Shown: positions 16,401-28,262 of the stretch, piece after piece
Layout: each line of letters starts with the position of its first letter
How positions within the stretch are numbered: the first letter of the stretch is position 1
Assembly: GCA_964554085.1 (NCBI GenBank)
Contig: CAZKMY010000002.1
Span: 1-36,664, forward strand
Direction: 5' to 3'
DNA length: 36,664 nucleotides
Origin: an uncultured Pseudomonadales bacterium
GTDB taxonomy: Bacteria > Patescibacteriota > Microgenomatia > UBA1400 > RBG-16-45-19
Translations under genes and position numbers: made by a program
The notes under the pieces: generated by a model
Seen by the model: the letters and a program-made list of their open reading frames with translations, nothing else
Database searches by the model: none
Told to the model about the DNA's origin: nothing

Positions 16401-16880
16401 CCTTACTCCTTAGTGACTCAACAGCCACTTGGAGGTAAAGCCCAAATGGGTGGTCAGCGTATGGGAGAAATGGAAGTCTGGGCCCTTGAAGCTCATCGAG
16501 CCGCCCACACGCTCCAAGAAATGTTGACGATCAAATCGGACGATGTCGTCGGTCGCGCCAAAGCGTTTGAAGCTATTGTAGAAGGTCAGGATATCCCTGA
16601 ACCTACCGTTCCAGATGCCTTCAAAGTCTTGGTAAAAGAATTAAATTCACTCAGTCTGGACATTGTACCTATCGAAGAGACAGTTGCTCCAGTCGTTGAA
16701 GAAGTGATTGAAGACGTTGCTCCCATCACAGATGATCAAGCGTTACTCGCCGAAGAACCGGGCGAAGCAGATGACGTTGCCGAATCAACCGATGAGGCAG
16801 ATGAAGATGCTGAGCCTACCAGTGACGAGTTAGAAAATCTTGAAGGACCAACTGAAGTTAGTGAAGAGGGAGAGGAATAA
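13434..16880 (+). CDS. rpoB: DNA-directed RNA polymerase subunit beta
   Basis: ATG 13434 follows the SD GAAAAGAAGGA, whereas the track start 13356 is a TTG extension. Canonical beta motifs run throughout, for example [13 protein letters not shown] and [14 protein letters not shown]. The C-terminal tail of about 65 aa is acidic. Confidence 0.97.
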   Translation: MPQIKRQFWGKTNLPLPELNLIAVQLESYERFLADGIQEAFEEINPIEDFTGKNWSLEFKGYHFGEPKYSPTQAKEKGVTYDMPLRVETVLTNKQTAQSVSQEVFLGDIPRMTENGTFIINGIERAVVNQIVRSPGVFFSNEIEPTSGRMLHTAELRPIRGSWLEVMISKNDVISVKIDRHRKIPATTLLRALGYAEDDAIKQLFADVNKDDQHDYIDATLARDPAKNRAEALIEIYQKMRPGEPAVLENAEEFLFELFFDTRRYDLGKVGRYKLNRRLGLSVENVSQNWVLTKEDIIATLKYLVSLQNGKGTIDDIDHLSNRRVRSVGELVNVSAFRIGLLRLERSIREKMSLTKTDEKITPAALVNARPIIATISEFFRRNRLSTILDQTNPLSEVDNLRRLSVMGTGGVTRERASFSMRDINASQYSRICPVRSPEGPNIGLVTYLANFARVNEYGFLEAPYRKVEKITRGNKTTMHISDEVVYLSADDEMEHYVTHAEVAIDDKNNIVDEWVPVRYEGEFLEASVEQVEYIDVVPRQVVGAAASLIPFISHDEANRALMGTHMQCQAVPLVKPSSPIVGTGMEATIAEAMHHVVRARHEGEVTFVDGKQIVIKLPKAVKEDKDILATDSEEIRLDGDRETYKITKFMRSAQSTCYSQRPLVKVGDSVKKGQVIIDGPAADNGELALGQNMVIAYTSFNGLGYEDAIIVSDRLVKEDLLSSIHINEYEALVMDTKLGPEQLTRDIPNIGETDLRNLGEDGVVVIGSVVGPNDILVGKIAPKGETELTAEERLLRAIFGEKAREVRDTSLRMPHGESGTVIDVKVLDRETGDELDPGVLQKVVVRVAQMRKVTVGDKLAGRHGNKGVISDIVPAADMPHLEDGTPVDVIISPLSVLARMNLGQLMEAHLGWAAKELGYKVALPVFEEIDESKITEELKKAGLPVDGKTQLYDGRSGEPYQEKSVVGVAYMLKLIHMVEDKTHARSTGPYSLVTQQPLGGKAQMGGQRMGEMEVWALEAHRAAHTLQEMLTIKSDDVVGRAKAFEAIVEGQDIPEPTVPDAFKVLVKELNSLSLDIVPIEETVAPVVEEVIEDVAPITDDQALLAEEPGEADDVAESTDEADEDAEPTSDELENLEGPTEVSEEGEE

Positions 16881-16884
16881 GTCT

Positions 16885-19800
16885 ATGAAGAACGTTGTTG
16901 ATTTCAAAGGATTACAAATCAAGCTCGCATCTCCAGAAATTATTCGTTCCTGGTCTCATGGAGAAATCCTAAAACCTGAAACGATTAATTACCGAACGCT
17001 CAAACCAGAAAAAGATGGTCTGTTCTGTGAACGTATCTTTGGACCTACCAAAGACTGGGAATGTTACTGTGGTAAGTACAAACGCATTCGCTATCGCGGC
17101 ATTGTCTGTGATAAATGTGGTGTTGAAGTGACTTTGTCCCGCGTTCGTCGCGAACGTATGGGTCATATCGAGCTGGCTTGCCCCGTCGCTCACGTCTGGT
17201 TCTTCAAAGGTGCTCCCAGTAAGATTTCTTTACTTTTAGACATCTCTCCCCGAAATCTTTCATCCATCGTGTACTTCTCTCAATACGTTGTCCTCGAAGC
17301 TGACAATGAAAAACGTCAAGAGATCATGGAGCAGATGGATGCTGACTTGGAAGCCAAAAAAGATGAGATGCGCGATTCATCCAAGATGGCCATCGAAGCT
17401 GAAACTGCTGGGTTGGAAGAACGTCTGACTGAGATTCGCGAACAGATCAAAAACAAAGAGCAACAAGAGCTCAAAGTTGGTGAAGCTACCCTCAAATCCA
17501 AGCAAAAACTGCAACACATCAAAGCTAACCTAGAAAATGAATTGATCAATGCGGAAAATATCTATAAAGCTGTCAAAGAAATTGTCAAACGTCTCGATGC
17601 TAAATCCATCTTGACTGAAGATGAATACTTAAAGCTTTTGGATTATAACGCAGCTGATCATATCCGCGTTGGTATGGGCGCTGAAGCCATCTTGGAACTC
17701 ATTCGCCAAATTGATCTTGAATCATTGGTTGCCTCACTCCGAGAAGAAAGCCGCGAATCGTCCGGTGCTCGTAAAGTTAAAGCCACCAAGCGTTTACGTG
17801 TCGCTGAAGGTATGAAGAAAGCCGTCGTGAATCCTGAATGGATGATCATGCGAGTTGTTCCTGTTATTCCACCTGACCTTCGTCCTATGGTTCAACTCTC
17901 CGGTGGTCGATTCGCCAGTTCAGATCTCAACGATCTGTATCGCCGCGTCATCAACCGTAACAACCGCTTGAAACACTTAATGGATTTGGGTGCTCCCGAA
18001 ATCATCTTGCGTAATGAAAAACGCATGCTTCAAGAAGCCGTCGATGCATTAATTGATTCATCTCAAAGCAAAGACACCACTCGTCGTGTTCGTAAAGAAT
18101 TACGCTCCCTCTCTGAAATGCTCAGAGGTAAACAGGGTCGTTTCCGTCAAAACCTTTTGGGTAAACGTGTCGATTATTCCGGTCGTTCCGTTATCGTGGT
18201 TGGTCCCGAATTAAACCTGAACCAATGTGGTCTTCCCAAAGACATGGCCTTGGAAATGTTCCGACCTTACGTGTTGCGCGAATTGATCAAAGAGGGGATT
18301 GCTCCCAATGTGAAGTCTGCCAAACACGCCCTGGCTCGTCGCTCACCCGAGGTGTACGACATTCTCGAACGCATCATTGAAAATCACCCCGTGTTGTTAA
18401 ACCGTGCTCCTACCTTGCACAAACTGGGTATTCAGGCATTCTTCCCCGTCTTGGTAGAAGGTAATGCTATCCGGATCCATCCTTGTGTCTGTGCGGGTTA
18501 CAACGCTGACTTTGATGGTGACCAGATGGCCGTTCATGTCCCTCTCTCCAAAGCCGCTCAAGAAGAAGCCATTGCCTTAATGATGCCGGGATCCAACTTA
18601 CTTAAACCTGCCGATGGTTCACCCATTACGGTACCTAACAAAGAAATGGTCATGGGCTCTTACTACATGTCATCATTTGATGGCGATCTCAAGATGCACC
18701 CATCCATTTTCTCCAACGAGCAGGAAGCCATCCTTGCCTATCAATCCAAGACCATTGGTCTTCGCCAACCAATTAAAGTTCGTATGGTGATTACCGAAGG
18801 CATGAAGCCAGAGATTATTGAAACTTGTGTGGGTCGAATTCTCTTAAACGAAGTTCTTCCTGAAGCACTACGTTTCATTAATGCTCCCGTCGGTGTGGCC
18901 ATGGTCAAAGACTTGGTCCGCCGGGCCATCAAGCTCTATCCAAAAGAACGCGTCGTCAAATTTATTGATGACTTCAAGAATCTAGGATTCTGGGCCGCCA
19001 CCATTTCTGGTTTGTCCGTTTCCGTATCTGACAACATCATGATTGCCGATAAGAAAGATATTATTGCTTCAGCTAACAAACGTGCCGAAGAAGTGCAAGA
19101 CAACTATCGTTTAGGCTTGATCACTTCCGAAGAAAAACGCCGTCTGACTCAAGAAATCTGGATGGAAACCACCGATGAAATCGCTGACAAAACTTGGAGT
19201 GCGTTTAGTCCCAAGAATGCAGTTAAAATCATCATTGATTCCGGAGGGACTCGTGCTTCCAAAGATCAGGTCAAGCAGCTTGGTGCTATGCGGGGACTCG
19301 TGGTCGACCCTCTTGGAAAAATCGTCGAATTACCAACAAAGAGTAACTTCCGTGAAGGTTTATCTATCTTCGAATACGTGACCTCCACTCGTGGCTCTCG
19401 AAAAGGCTTAACCGATTCAGCTCTCAAGACTGCTGATGCAGGATACCTTACCCGCCGGTTAGTTGATGTTGCTCACGATGCCATCATCCGCTTTGATGAC
19501 TGTGGTACCGAAGAACATATTATTCTTTCGGTAGATAGTCGCCGTGGTCAACTCTTTCCCAAACGCATTTTGGGCCGTGTCGCTGCTGCCGATATCGTCA
19601 ACCCCGAGACAAAAGAAGTTATCGTCAAGAAAAATGACATCATTGATGAAGATGCCGTCGATCTTGTTGTCGCTGCTAAAGTGACCGAAGCTCATGTCTA
19701 TTCACCCCTTACCTGCCAAGCCCCTTATGGTCTCTGTGCCAAATGTTATGGTCGTGACTTCTCTACCAAAGAGATGGTTACCCTCGGCGCCCCCGTTGGT

Positions 19801-20592
19801 GTCATTGCCGCTCAAAGTATTGGTGAACCTGGTACACAGCTCACCATGCGGGTCAAGCATGCGGGAGGTATTTTAGGTCTAGACGTGACTCAGGGGTTGC
19901 CACGGGTCGAAGAATTGTTCGAAACCCGTACCCCCAAGAATGTGTCACCCATTTCCGAGATCGCTGGTGTCGTTACCGTTGACGAATTAGAAACGGGTTA
20001 CCAAGTGACGGTGAAAACCACCACCAAACCCGTTCAGATCAAGGAATACACTTTACCGCTCGCCAGTCTATTAAAGGTGGCTACCGGTGATGTTATCTCT
20101 GCCGGTACGCAACTCGCTGCAGGTAGTTTGGACATCAAGGAAGTCTTGGCTGTTCGAGGACTCTTGGGTGCTCAAGAATACTTGGTAGATGAAATTCAAT
20201 CAGTGTACGAGTCCCAAGGTATTCCCATTCATGATCGTCACTTTGAAGTCACAATTCGCCGTATGTCTGATAAAGTAGTCGTGGAAGATTCAGGTGATAC
20301 CGGTCTGCTGCCTGGTGAAGTCATCGATAAAGCCGCGTTCAACCGTGAAAATCAGGGAGTTATCTCTGAAGGTGGTGAACCAGCTACCGCTCAAATCGTG
20401 ATTTTGGGCGTCTCATCTTCCAGTCTTCATACCCAGAGTTGGTTGTCTGCCGCTTCGTTCCAGGAGACCACCAATGTTCTTACCGACGCCTCTATTCAGG
20501 GTAAGGAAGACTACTTGATCGGTCTGAAGGAGAATGTTATCATTGGTCGCCTTATTCCGACATCACCGGAGCGTGCTGTCATTACTGAATAA
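16885..20592 (+). CDS. rpoC: DNA-directed RNA polymerase subunit beta-prime
   Basis: ATG 16885 lies 4 nt after the rpoB stop and is preceded by GAGGGAGAGGA. It has the Zn-finger [20 protein letters not shown] and the catalytic [12 protein letters not shown]. Confidence 0.97.
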   Translation: MKNVVDFKGLQIKLASPEIIRSWSHGEILKPETINYRTLKPEKDGLFCERIFGPTKDWECYCGKYKRIRYRGIVCDKCGVEVTLSRVRRERMGHIELACPVAHVWFFKGAPSKISLLLDISPRNLSSIVYFSQYVVLEADNEKRQEIMEQMDADLEAKKDEMRDSSKMAIEAETAGLEERLTEIREQIKNKEQQELKVGEATLKSKQKLQHIKANLENELINAENIYKAVKEIVKRLDAKSILTEDEYLKLLDYNAADHIRVGMGAEAILELIRQIDLESLVASLREESRESSGARKVKATKRLRVAEGMKKAVVNPEWMIMRVVPVIPPDLRPMVQLSGGRFASSDLNDLYRRVINRNNRLKHLMDLGAPEIILRNEKRMLQEAVDALIDSSQSKDTTRRVRKELRSLSEMLRGKQGRFRQNLLGKRVDYSGRSVIVVGPELNLNQCGLPKDMALEMFRPYVLRELIKEGIAPNVKSAKHALARRSPEVYDILERIIENHPVLLNRAPTLHKLGIQAFFPVLVEGNAIRIHPCVCAGYNADFDGDQMAVHVPLSKAAQEEAIALMMPGSNLLKPADGSPITVPNKEMVMGSYYMSSFDGDLKMHPSIFSNEQEAILAYQSKTIGLRQPIKVRMVITEGMKPEIIETCVGRILLNEVLPEALRFINAPVGVAMVKDLVRRAIKLYPKERVVKFIDDFKNLGFWAATISGLSVSVSDNIMIADKKDIIASANKRAEEVQDNYRLGLITSEEKRRLTQEIWMETTDEIADKTWSAFSPKNAVKIIIDSGGTRASKDQVKQLGAMRGLVVDPLGKIVELPTKSNFREGLSIFEYVTSTRGSRKGLTDSALKTADAGYLTRRLVDVAHDAIIRFDDCGTEEHIILSVDSRRGQLFPKRILGRVAAADIVNPETKEVIVKKNDIIDEDAVDLVVAAKVTEAHVYSPLTCQAPYGLCAKCYGRDFSTKEMVTLGAPVGVIAAQSIGEPGTQLTMRVKHAGGILGLDVTQGLPRVEELFETRTPKNVSPISEIAGVVTVDELETGYQVTVKTTTKPVQIKEYTLPLASLLKVATGDVISAGTQLAAGSLDIKEVLAVRGLLGAQEYLVDEIQSVYESQGIPIHDRHFEVTIRRMSDKVVVEDSGDTGLLPGEVIDKAAFNRENQGVISEGGEPATAQIVILGVSSSSLHTQSWLSAASFQETTNVLTDASIQGKEDYLIGLKENVIIGRLIPTSPERAVITE

Positions 20593-20614
20593 GCCAGAGG
20601 AAAATAAAGAAAAT

Positions 20615-21046
20615 ATGCCAACAATTAATCAACTCATCCGCAAAGGTCGCAGCAAAAAAGCCAAAGCTGTTAAAGCTGCTGCCATGCGCAAAAGCTTTAA
20701 CGCCAAAGATCGACGTAACGTATCCACGTTCAACCCGCAAAAACGGGGCGTCTGCACCTTGGTAAAAACCATGACACCAAAGAAACCAAACTCCGCTTTG
20801 CGGAAGGTAGCTCGTGTCCGGCTGTCAAATCGTCAAGAAGTGACCGCTTATATTCAAGGTGAAGGCCACAACCTGGCTGAGCACTCTATTGTGCTTGTGC
20901 GTGGTGGCCGGGTCAAAGATCTTCCTGGTGTGAAATATCACATTGTCCGAGGAAAATTTGACTGCGCTGGTGTTCAAGGCCGTAAGAGCTCCCGGAGTAA
21001 ATATGGCGTTCGTAAATCCGAAGGGAAAGGGGCAGCTGCCAAATAA
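20615..21046 (+). CDS. rpsL: 30S ribosomal protein S12
   Basis: [12 protein letters not shown] and [17 protein letters not shown] chose ATG 20615 rather than the track's upstream extension. Confidence 0.95.
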   Translation: MPTINQLIRKGRSKKAKAVKAAAMRKSFNAKDRRNVSTFNPQKRGVCTLVKTMTPKKPNSALRKVARVRLSNRQEVTAYIQGEGHNLAEHSIVLVRGGRVKDLPGVKYHIVRGKFDCAGVQGRKSSRSKYGVRKSEGKGAAAK

Positions 21047-21049
21047 ACT

Positions 21050-21526
21050 ATGAGAACGAAGAAAAATTACGTCAGAGAAGTTACTCCTGACGCTAAATAC
21101 AATTCTGAATCAGTCACCAAACTCGTTAATCGCGTCATGCGTGATGGGAAAAAGACCGTTGCTGAAAAGCAAGTCTACAACGCACTTGATATTGTGGCTA
21201 CCAAAGCCAATCAAGATGGCGTTGAAGTATTTGAGACAGCCTTGGAAAACATTACTCCCAAAATTGAGGTTCGCTCCCGCCGTATTGGTGGTGCAGCGTA
21301 TCAAGTACCAACTCCCGTTAAAGGGAAACGTGCGTTTGCCTTAGCTATTCGTTGGTTAGTTTTGGAATCCCAAAAACGAGCCAATAGTGAATTTCACACC
21401 TTTGCTGAGAAATTAGCTGCAGAAATCGTTGATGCAGCTAATAATCAAGGTGGTGCAATTCAAAAGAAACTCACCATGCACAAGATGGCTGAAGCCAACA
21501 AGGCTTTTGCTCATTTTAGATGGTAA
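21050..21526 (+). CDS. rpsG: 30S ribosomal protein S7
   Basis: The position after rpsL, a length of 158 aa and the C-terminal ANKAFAHFRW all match S7. Confidence 0.95.
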   Translation: MRTKKNYVREVTPDAKYNSESVTKLVNRVMRDGKKTVAEKQVYNALDIVATKANQDGVEVFETALENITPKIEVRSRRIGGAAYQVPTPVKGKRAFALAIRWLVLESQKRANSEFHTFAEKLAAEIVDAANNQGGAIQKKLTMHKMAEANKAFAHFRW

Positions 21527-21582
21527 TTCGTATAGTAACGAATGAATAGCGTGATATCCGTTTATTAAATACACGAGGTTTT

Positions 21583-23724
21583 ATGGCTGCTGCTACCAAG
21601 ACAACCCAACAGGTTCCTCTCGATCATATCCGAAATATCGGAGTAATTGCTCACATTGATGCGGGCAAAACAACAACTACTGAACGTATTCTGTATTACA
21701 CCGGTAAGACATACAAGATAGGTGTTATTGATGAGGGTGATACTCAAATGGACTGGATGGCTCAAGAGCGTGAACGGGGCATTACCATCGTTTCCGCTGC
21801 CACCACCACCTTTTGGACTCCTGTCTTAGATACAGCTATGCCCAAAGATCCGTTCCGGTTCAATATCATTGACACTCCGGGCCACGTTGATTTTACTGCT
21901 GAAGTCGAACGCTCCCTCCGGGTTCTTGACGGCGGTATCACCGTTCTCGATGGTAATGAAGGTGTTCAATCTCAGTCAGAAACTGTCTGGCGTCAAGCCG
22001 ACAAATATCATGTGCCACGCATTTGCTTTGTCAACAAAATGGACAAAATCGGTGCCGACCTTATGATGGTGGTTAACGACATTAAAGATAAACTTGGGGT
22101 AAAACCCGCCATCATGGTTCTTCCCATTGGTCAGGAAAGTGCCTTTAAGGGCATCGTCATGTTGCTTGATCAAAAAGCCCTGATTTGGGAAGGTGATGAA
22201 ACCGGTGCCAAATACACAGTAGGTGAGATTCCTGAGGACATGGTGGATCAGGTCAAAGAATACCGTGAGAAACTTGTCGAACAAATCGCCGAAACTGATG
22301 ATGTATTAATGGAAAAATTCCTTAACGGTGAAGAAATTTCCGTTAATGAATTAAAGAGTGCGCTTCGCCGCGCCACTATCGGCTACAAACTCGTACCTAT
22401 TTTCTGCGGTTCATCCCTCAGAAACAAAGGCGTTCAACCATTATTAGATGCCGTTGTCGAATATCTTCCCAGCCCCATGGACTTGAAAGAAGTTAAGGGA
22501 ATTAATCCCAAAACCGATGAAGAAGAAGTTCGTCAATTAATTCCCGAAGAACCCTTCTCCGGTTTAGCCTTCAAAATTCAAGTTGACCCTCACGTTGGTC
22601 GCTTAACCTATCTCCGCGTTTATTCAGGAAAATTGGAAGCCGGTTCTTACGTCATGAATGCCAATAAACATTCCAAAGAGCGGATTGGTCGTTTACTTCT
22701 TATGCATGCCAATGATCGTGAAGACATAACCACTGCAAAAGCAGGTGAAATTGTCGCTATCGTCGGCTTAAAAGACACCAAAACCGGTGACACTTTGTGC
22801 AGTGAAGATCGTCCCATCACCTTTGAAGGAATCGAATTTACCGAGCCAGTTATCTCACTCGCTATCGAACCCAAAACCAAAGCCGACCAAGAACGTATGG
22901 GTATGGCCTTGTCCCGCCTCGCGGAAGAAGATCCTACCTTCAAGGTTCGGGTTGATCATGAAACCGGTCAAACCATCATTGCCGGTATGGGTGAACTTCA
23001 TCTCGACATCATCGTCGATCGGATGAAACGTGAATTCAACGTAGATGCCAATATTGGTAACGCCCAAGTTGCCTATCGAGAAACCATCACCCAAACGGTC
23101 GAAGCCGAAGGTAAATACATTCGTCAGACTGGTGGTCATGGTCAATATGGTCACTGTTTGATTCGCCTTGAGCCTAAAAATCGTGGTGAAGGCTTTGAAT
23201 TTGTGTCCGAAATTACCGGTGGTGCCATTCCTCGTGAATTCATCCCCGCCATCGAAAAAGGCATTCGGGAAGCTATGGAAAATGGCGTCTTGGCCGGATT
23301 CCCTATGGTCGACTGTAAAGTTGCCGTCTACGACGGTACCTTCCATGAAGTTGACTCTTCAGAAATGGCCTTTAAGATTGCTGGTTCCATGGCTCTTCAA
23401 GCTGGTGCCAAGAAAGCAAATTTGGTCTTACTTGAGCCCATCATGAAGGTGGAAGTAACCACACCTGATGAATTTATGGGTGACGTGATCGGTGATCTTT
23501 CATCCAAACGGTCCCAAATTCTTGATTCCACCACTCGTGGTAATGCACGGATAATTACCGCGCTTGTCCCCTTGGCAGAACTCTCCAGGTATGCTACAAT
23601 TCTGCGGAGCATTACCCAAGGTCGGGCGAATTACTATATGGAACCATCTCACTATGAGATTGTCCCCAATCAAATCGCCGACCAAATTATTAGTGCCAAA
23701 AAACCACAACAATCAAGTAATTAA
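21583..23724 (+). CDS. fusA: Elongation factor G
   Basis: The G-domain motifs [14 protein letters not shown] and NKMD are present. Length is 713 aa. Confidence 0.96.
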   Translation: MAAATKTTQQVPLDHIRNIGVIAHIDAGKTTTTERILYYTGKTYKIGVIDEGDTQMDWMAQERERGITIVSAATTTFWTPVLDTAMPKDPFRFNIIDTPGHVDFTAEVERSLRVLDGGITVLDGNEGVQSQSETVWRQADKYHVPRICFVNKMDKIGADLMMVVNDIKDKLGVKPAIMVLPIGQESAFKGIVMLLDQKALIWEGDETGAKYTVGEIPEDMVDQVKEYREKLVEQIAETDDVLMEKFLNGEEISVNELKSALRRATIGYKLVPIFCGSSLRNKGVQPLLDAVVEYLPSPMDLKEVKGINPKTDEEEVRQLIPEEPFSGLAFKIQVDPHVGRLTYLRVYSGKLEAGSYVMNANKHSKERIGRLLLMHANDREDITTAKAGEIVAIVGLKDTKTGDTLCSEDRPITFEGIEFTEPVISLAIEPKTKADQERMGMALSRLAEEDPTFKVRVDHETGQTIIAGMGELHLDIIVDRMKREFNVDANIGNAQVAYRETITQTVEAEGKYIRQTGGHGQYGHCLIRLEPKNRGEGFEFVSEITGGAIPREFIPAIEKGIREAMENGVLAGFPMVDCKVAVYDGTFHEVDSSEMAFKIAGSMALQAGAKKANLVLLEPIMKVEVTTPDEFMGDVIGDLSSKRSQILDSTTRGNARIITALVPLAELSRYATILRSITQGRANYYMEPSHYEIVPNQIADQIISAKKPQQSSN

Positions 23725-23747
23725 TAAAAATATAAATAAGGAGAACT

Positions 23748-24929
23748 ATGGCAGATACATTTGTACGTAACAAACCACACGTCAATATTGGCACCATTGG
23801 TCACGTTGATCATGGTAAGACCACCTTGACTGCTGCTATTACCACCACGCTAGCCAAAAAAGGCTTAGCTAAAGCCGTGGGATACAACGATATTGATAAC
23901 GCTCCCGAAGAAAAAGCTCGTGGCGTTACGATTAATGTTTCCCACATGGAATATGAGACCGACAATCGTCACTACGCTCACATTGACGCTCCAGGTCATG
24001 CCGACTACATCAAAAACATGATTACTGGCGCTGCTCAGATGGACGGAGCTATTCTTGTGGTTGCTGCCACTGATGGTCCTATGCCTCAGACTCGCGAACA
24101 CATTCTCCTTGCTCATCAGGTTAACGTGCCCAAGTTGGTCGTCGCTCTCAACAAATGTGATATGGTCGACGATCCAGAACTCCTAGATCTCGTTGAAATG
24201 GAAATTCGTGAACTCTTGAGTAAATACAAATACGATGGTGATAACACTCCTATCGTTCGTGTATCCGCTCTCAAAGCCCTTGAAGGCGATGAGAAGGCTC
24301 AAGAACAAGTGCTTGAATTAATGAAAGCAGTTGACGAATACATTCCAGTCCCTGATCGAGAAATCGACAAACCATTCTTAATGGCTGTTGAAGATGTTTT
24401 CTCTATCAAAGGTCGTGGCACTGTGGCTACTGGCCGGATTGAACGAGGTGTCGTTAAAGTTGGTGAAGAGATCGAAATTGTTGGTCTTCATGACACCAAG
24501 AAATCCGTGGTCACGGGTGTGGAAATGTTTAGAAAAACCCTCAATCAAGGTCAAGCTGGCGATAACGTCGGTATCTTGCTTCGTGGTATTGAAAAAGAAC
24601 AAATCGAGCGCGGTCAAGTTTTGGCTAAACCCGGTTCCATCACTCCTCACACCGATTTCGAAGCTGAAGTATATATCCTGACCAAAGATGAAGGTGGTCG
24701 TCACAGTCCCTTCTTCTCCGGATATCGTCCTCAGTTCTACATTCGTACCACTGACGTGACCGGTGAAATCACCCTTCCCGAAGGTGTCGAAATGGTTATG
24801 CCTGGCGATAATGCCAAGATGGTAGCCAAATTAATCCAACCAGTTGCTATGGAAGTCGGTCTACGCTTCGCTATCCGCGAAGGTGGTAAGACTGTCGGTG
24901 CTGGTGCAATTACTAAAATCGTTAAATAA
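23748..24929 (+). CDS. tuf: Elongation factor Tu
   Basis: [18 protein letters not shown] and NKCD are present. Length is 393 aa, with a strong SD (AAGGAG). Confidence 0.97.
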   Translation: MADTFVRNKPHVNIGTIGHVDHGKTTLTAAITTTLAKKGLAKAVGYNDIDNAPEEKARGVTINVSHMEYETDNRHYAHIDAPGHADYIKNMITGAAQMDGAILVVAATDGPMPQTREHILLAHQVNVPKLVVALNKCDMVDDPELLDLVEMEIRELLSKYKYDGDNTPIVRVSALKALEGDEKAQEQVLELMKAVDEYIPVPDREIDKPFLMAVEDVFSIKGRGTVATGRIERGVVKVGEEIEIVGLHDTKKSVVTGVEMFRKTLNQGQAGDNVGILLRGIEKEQIERGQVLAKPGSITPHTDFEAEVYILTKDEGGRHSPFFSGYRPQFYIRTTDVTGEITLPEGVEMVMPGDNAKMVAKLIQPVAMEVGLRFAIREGGKTVGAGAITKIVK

Positions 24930-24945
24930 ATTGGAAACAACACAA

Positions 24946-24972
24946 TCTCCCGGTCCTCAAAAAACCGGGAGA
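24946..24972 (+). terminator. Stem-loop 3' of tuf (8-bp stem TCTCCCGG / CCGGGAGA, 11-nt loop), no U-tract
   Basis: A perfect inverted repeat read directly, 17 nt after the tuf stop. With no T-run it may be an attenuator or a stabilising hairpin rather than a full terminator. Confidence 0.35.
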
Positions 24973-24999
24973 CTGTAGAAATAAATAGAAGAGGAAAGT

Positions 25000-25308
25000 A
25001 TGGCACAAAGCCGCATCAGAGTTAGATTAAAATCATACGATCACCGCGTCATCGACGAAGCTGCTCAAAAGATCGTTGATACGGCCTTATCCACCGGTGC
25101 ACAAGTGGCAGGTCCTGTCCCGTTGCCCACCGACAGAAAACGTTTTACCGTGCTTACCTCACCTCACACAGATAAAGATGCTCGCGAACAATTCTCTATC
25201 CTGACTCACAAGCGGGTCGTCGATATCGTTAAACCCACCGGAAAAACCATCGACTCCCTGATGCATCTTGAATTACCTGCAGGGGTGGGTATCGAAATTA
25301 AAATGTAG
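25000..25308 (+). CDS. rpsJ: 30S ribosomal protein S10
   Basis: [14 protein letters not shown]...[12 protein letters not shown]. Length is 102 aa. Confidence 0.96.
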   Translation: MAQSRIRVRLKSYDHRVIDEAAQKIVDTALSTGAQVAGPVPLPTDRKRFTVLTSPHTDKDAREQFSILTHKRVVDIVKPTGKTIDSLMHLELPAGVGIEIKM

Positions 25309-25311
25309 CAA

Positions 25312-25371
25312 ATTCTTCTTGTCATCCAAGAGGTCAAGGTCCAAAAGTGGACCACTTAAGGGTGGAAGAAT
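25312..25371 (+). promoter_or_regulatory. Nested stem-loop in the 87-nt rpsJ-rplC spacer
   Basis: The outer 7-bp stem pairs ATTCTTC (25312-25318) with GAAGAAT (25365-25371). The inner hairpin is GGTCCA-aaag-TGGACC (25338-25353). Confidence 0.3.
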
Positions 25372-25395
25372 CCCTGCACAGGAATAAAACAATAT

Positions 25396-26097
25396 ATGAA
25401 AACATATTACGGCGTTAAAACCGGCATGACACAAGTCTGGACCACCTCAGGTGTCCGCTTACCTGCAACCATTATCAAAGCAGAACCAATGGTTGTCACT
25501 CAAGTAAAAACCGCAGAAGCTGACGGCTACGATGCCGTTCAAGTAGGAATTGGTTCCCGCCGCGAAAAGACGCTTACTCGTCCCGTGGTCAAACACGCTG
25601 CCAAAGCCAATATCCTTCCTCAAACCATCCGTGAAATCAAAGATACCAAACCAGCTGAACAAGCTGTTGGAGATCATATCGCAGTAGATCAGGTGGTGTC
25701 TGTTGGTGATGTAGTTAATGTTTCTGGTTTAACGCTGGGTAAAGGTTTCGCCGGCCCTATGAAACGATGGGGTTTCAAAGGCGGTCCCAAGACCCACGGT
25801 CAATCTGATCGTTGGCGTGCCCCCGGTTCTATTGGTCAAGGTACATCTCCTGGACGGATTCATAAAGGTAAAAAAATGGCCGGCCGTATGGGTGAGGCCA
25901 TGTTTATGGTAAAGAATCTTCAGGTCGTTAAAGTCGACGTAGCCAACCAAGAAATTTGGGTAAGTGGGCCAATTCCTGGTCACAAGAATTCCGTTGTTGA
26001 AGTAGCAGTTATCAAACAAGGTAAATTTGAAGGGCTTCGTGAAGATGTGGCAGCAGTTGTTGCTACACCTGAAACAGCTACTGAAAATAACGAATAA
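25396..26097 (+). CDS. rplC: 50S ribosomal protein L3
   Basis: GVKTGMTQVW and FKGGPKTHGQSDRWRAPGSIG. Confidence 0.95.
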   Translation: MKTYYGVKTGMTQVWTTSGVRLPATIIKAEPMVVTQVKTAEADGYDAVQVGIGSRREKTLTRPVVKHAAKANILPQTIREIKDTKPAEQAVGDHIAVDQVVSVGDVVNVSGLTLGKGFAGPMKRWGFKGGPKTHGQSDRWRAPGSIGQGTSPGRIHKGKKMAGRMGEAMFMVKNLQVVKVDVANQEIWVSGPIPGHKNSVVEVAVIKQGKFEGLREDVAAVVATPETATENNE

Positions 26098-26105
26098 AGG
26101 CATAT

Positions 26106-26804
26106 ATGACTATAGATATCTACAACATCGAAGGTAAAGTCACTGGTAACATTGAATTACCCGCAGCCATCTTTGATTGTGAAGCTAACCCCGAATTAAT
26201 TGCTCTTGCTATCCGTGTTGCTCAGGCAAATCTGCGACAAGGCACTAGTAAAGCCAAAACTCGCGGTGAAGTCGCCCGAACCACTCATAAAATCTGGAAA
26301 CAAAAAGGAACAGGACGTGCCCGTCACGGTAGTAAAGGGGCCCCCATCTTTGTTGGCGGCGGCGTTGCTCATGGACCTTCTGGTGATCAAGAATACAGTC
26401 TTCAGCTTCCCAAGAAAATGAAACTCAAAGCTCTCAAAGGAGTCTTTACTCAAATTGCCAAATCAAATCAAATCGCCATTGTCGATGGTTTGGATAAAAT
26501 GGACGCTTCTACCAAGAGTTTTGCCAAATTCCTTACTGACATGAAAGCTCCAACCAACACTGTAGTTATGCTTGAGTCACCCATGCAGAACATAATTCGT
26601 GCGGGTAAAAATGCTTCAAATACAACCATTACCCAAGCAAAACGAACCAACATTCTTGAACTTCTCAGTGCCCGCAAAGTGATTATGCACAAACCAGCTC
26701 TTGACGTTCTTGTCGCTACCTTTGCTCCTCAAGCAAAAGTAGTTGAACCCGCTGTCAAGAAAACTGCTCCTAAAAAGACCGTCAAGAAAGTGGTAAAGGA
26801 ATAA
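26106..26804 (+). CDS. rplD: 50S ribosomal protein L4
   Basis: KQKGTGRARHGS, plus a Lys-rich C-terminal extension. Confidence 0.95.
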   Translation: MTIDIYNIEGKVTGNIELPAAIFDCEANPELIALAIRVAQANLRQGTSKAKTRGEVARTTHKIWKQKGTGRARHGSKGAPIFVGGGVAHGPSGDQEYSLQLPKKMKLKALKGVFTQIAKSNQIAIVDGLDKMDASTKSFAKFLTDMKAPTNTVVMLESPMQNIIRAGKNASNTTITQAKRTNILELLSARKVIMHKPALDVLVATFAPQAKVVEPAVKKTAPKKTVKKVVKE

Positions 26805-26808
26805 GTAT

Positions 26809-27102
26809 ATGGATTTGAAATACGTCATCAAACGTCCCATCATCACTGAAAAAAGTTTAACTTCAACCAAAGATAACCGGTATACCTTCGAAGTTGCTGC
26901 AGGCGCCAACAAAGATCAAATTAAGGCAGCTATCAAAGCCGCTTTTCAAGTTGATGCTGTTGCTGTCTGGACTTCAACCAAGAAACCAGTATCCCGATCA
27001 ACTGGCCGCCGCCGTCTCCCCGGAGAAACTCCAACGAGCAAAAAAGCTATTGTAGAGATTAAAGCCGGTCAATCCATAAAAGTATTCGAGACTAAAGGAT
27101 AA
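26809..27102 (+). CDS. rplW: 50S ribosomal protein L23
   Basis: IKRPIITEKS, 97 aa, and the operon position match L23. Confidence 0.93.
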   Translation: MDLKYVIKRPIITEKSLTSTKDNRYTFEVAAGANKDQIKAAIKAAFQVDAVAVWTSTKKPVSRSTGRRRLPGETPTSKKAIVEIKAGQSIKVFETKG

Positions 27103-27104
27103 GT

Positions 27105-27938
27105 ATGGCCATTAAAGTATCACGACCCACCAGTGCTGGCCGCCGACACATGAGTACCATAGTCAGCGACACAATCACGACCAATAAACCACTCAAAGCT
27201 CTAACAAAAACAAAGCGAAAAATTAACGGTCGTAACAACGCGGGTAAAATCACTATTCGTCATCGAGGTGGAGCTCAAAAACGCAAGCTTCGTATGATTG
27301 ATTTTAAACGCGACAAACGCGACATCGTAGGTAAAGTAAGTACGGTTGAATATGATCCAAACCGCACTGCCAATATTGCATTAATCACCTACGCTGATGG
27401 CGAAAAACGATATATTCTTGCTCCAGACAGTTTACATGTTGGTAAGCAAATTATGTCTGGTGAATCAGCAGAAATTGAACCAGGAAACGCACTTCCCTTA
27501 AAGAATATTCCCATTGGCATGCCTATCCACAACCTAGAAATCGTCCCTGGACGTGGTGGTAAATTGGTCCGTGGTGCAGGTACTGCAGCATATATCCAAA
27601 GCAAAGAAGCTAAGTTTGCTACTGTTTTACTTCCCAGTAAGGAAGTTCGTCTGATTTCACTTGACGCATATGCTACCATTGGTCAAGTCAGTAACCAGGA
27701 ACTGAAAGAAGTTAGCCTGGGTAAAGCTGGCCGGAGACGGCATATGGGATGGCGTCCCTCTGTTCGTGGCGTGGCGATGCATCCTGATGCTCACCCACAC
27801 GGTGGTGGAGAAGGCCGTTCTGGTGTTGGTATGAAAGCTCCCAAGACTCCTTGGGGTAAAAAAGCTTTGGGCTTAAAGACGAGAAATAAACATAATCGTA
27901 CCAACAAATATATTGTTAAAGATAAACGCAAAAAATAA
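27105..27938 (+). CDS. rplB: 50S ribosomal protein L2
   Basis: VRGVAMHPDAHPHGGGEGR. Length is 277 aa. Confidence 0.97.
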   Translation: MAIKVSRPTSAGRRHMSTIVSDTITTNKPLKALTKTKRKINGRNNAGKITIRHRGGAQKRKLRMIDFKRDKRDIVGKVSTVEYDPNRTANIALITYADGEKRYILAPDSLHVGKQIMSGESAEIEPGNALPLKNIPIGMPIHNLEIVPGRGGKLVRGAGTAAYIQSKEAKFATVLLPSKEVRLISLDAYATIGQVSNQELKEVSLGKAGRRRHMGWRPSVRGVAMHPDAHPHGGGEGRSGVGMKAPKTPWGKKALGLKTRNKHNRTNKYIVKDKRKK

Positions 27939-27959
27939 TCTATAAGGATTAGAAAAAGC

Positions 27960-28244
27960 ATGTCACGCAGTTCAAAAAAAGGACCATATATCGACCCAAA
28001 ACTCATGGAAAAGGTCCAAAAGCAAAAACAAGGTGGTTCAAAAGCCGCTATCAAGACCTGGGCTCGAGCCAGTCAAATTCCTCCAGAGTTTGTCGGACAT
28101 ACTTTTTCCGTCCACAATGGCAAAGTCTTTAAAGAGGTGTACGTATCTGAAACTATGGTCGGTCACCGCTTAGGAGAATTTTCTCCTACCCGAACATTCC
28201 GTGGCCATGGTAGTGTGGTTAAACGTATCTTGAGTAAGACATAA
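27960..28244 (+). CDS. rpsS: 30S ribosomal protein S19
   Basis: [12 protein letters not shown] and VHNGKVF. Confidence 0.96.
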   Translation: MSRSSKKGPYIDPKLMEKVQKQKQGGSKAAIKTWARASQIPPEFVGHTFSVHNGKVFKEVYVSETMVGHRLGEFSPTRTFRGHGSVVKRILSKT

Positions 28245-28262
28245 AAAAGGGAAACAACCAAC

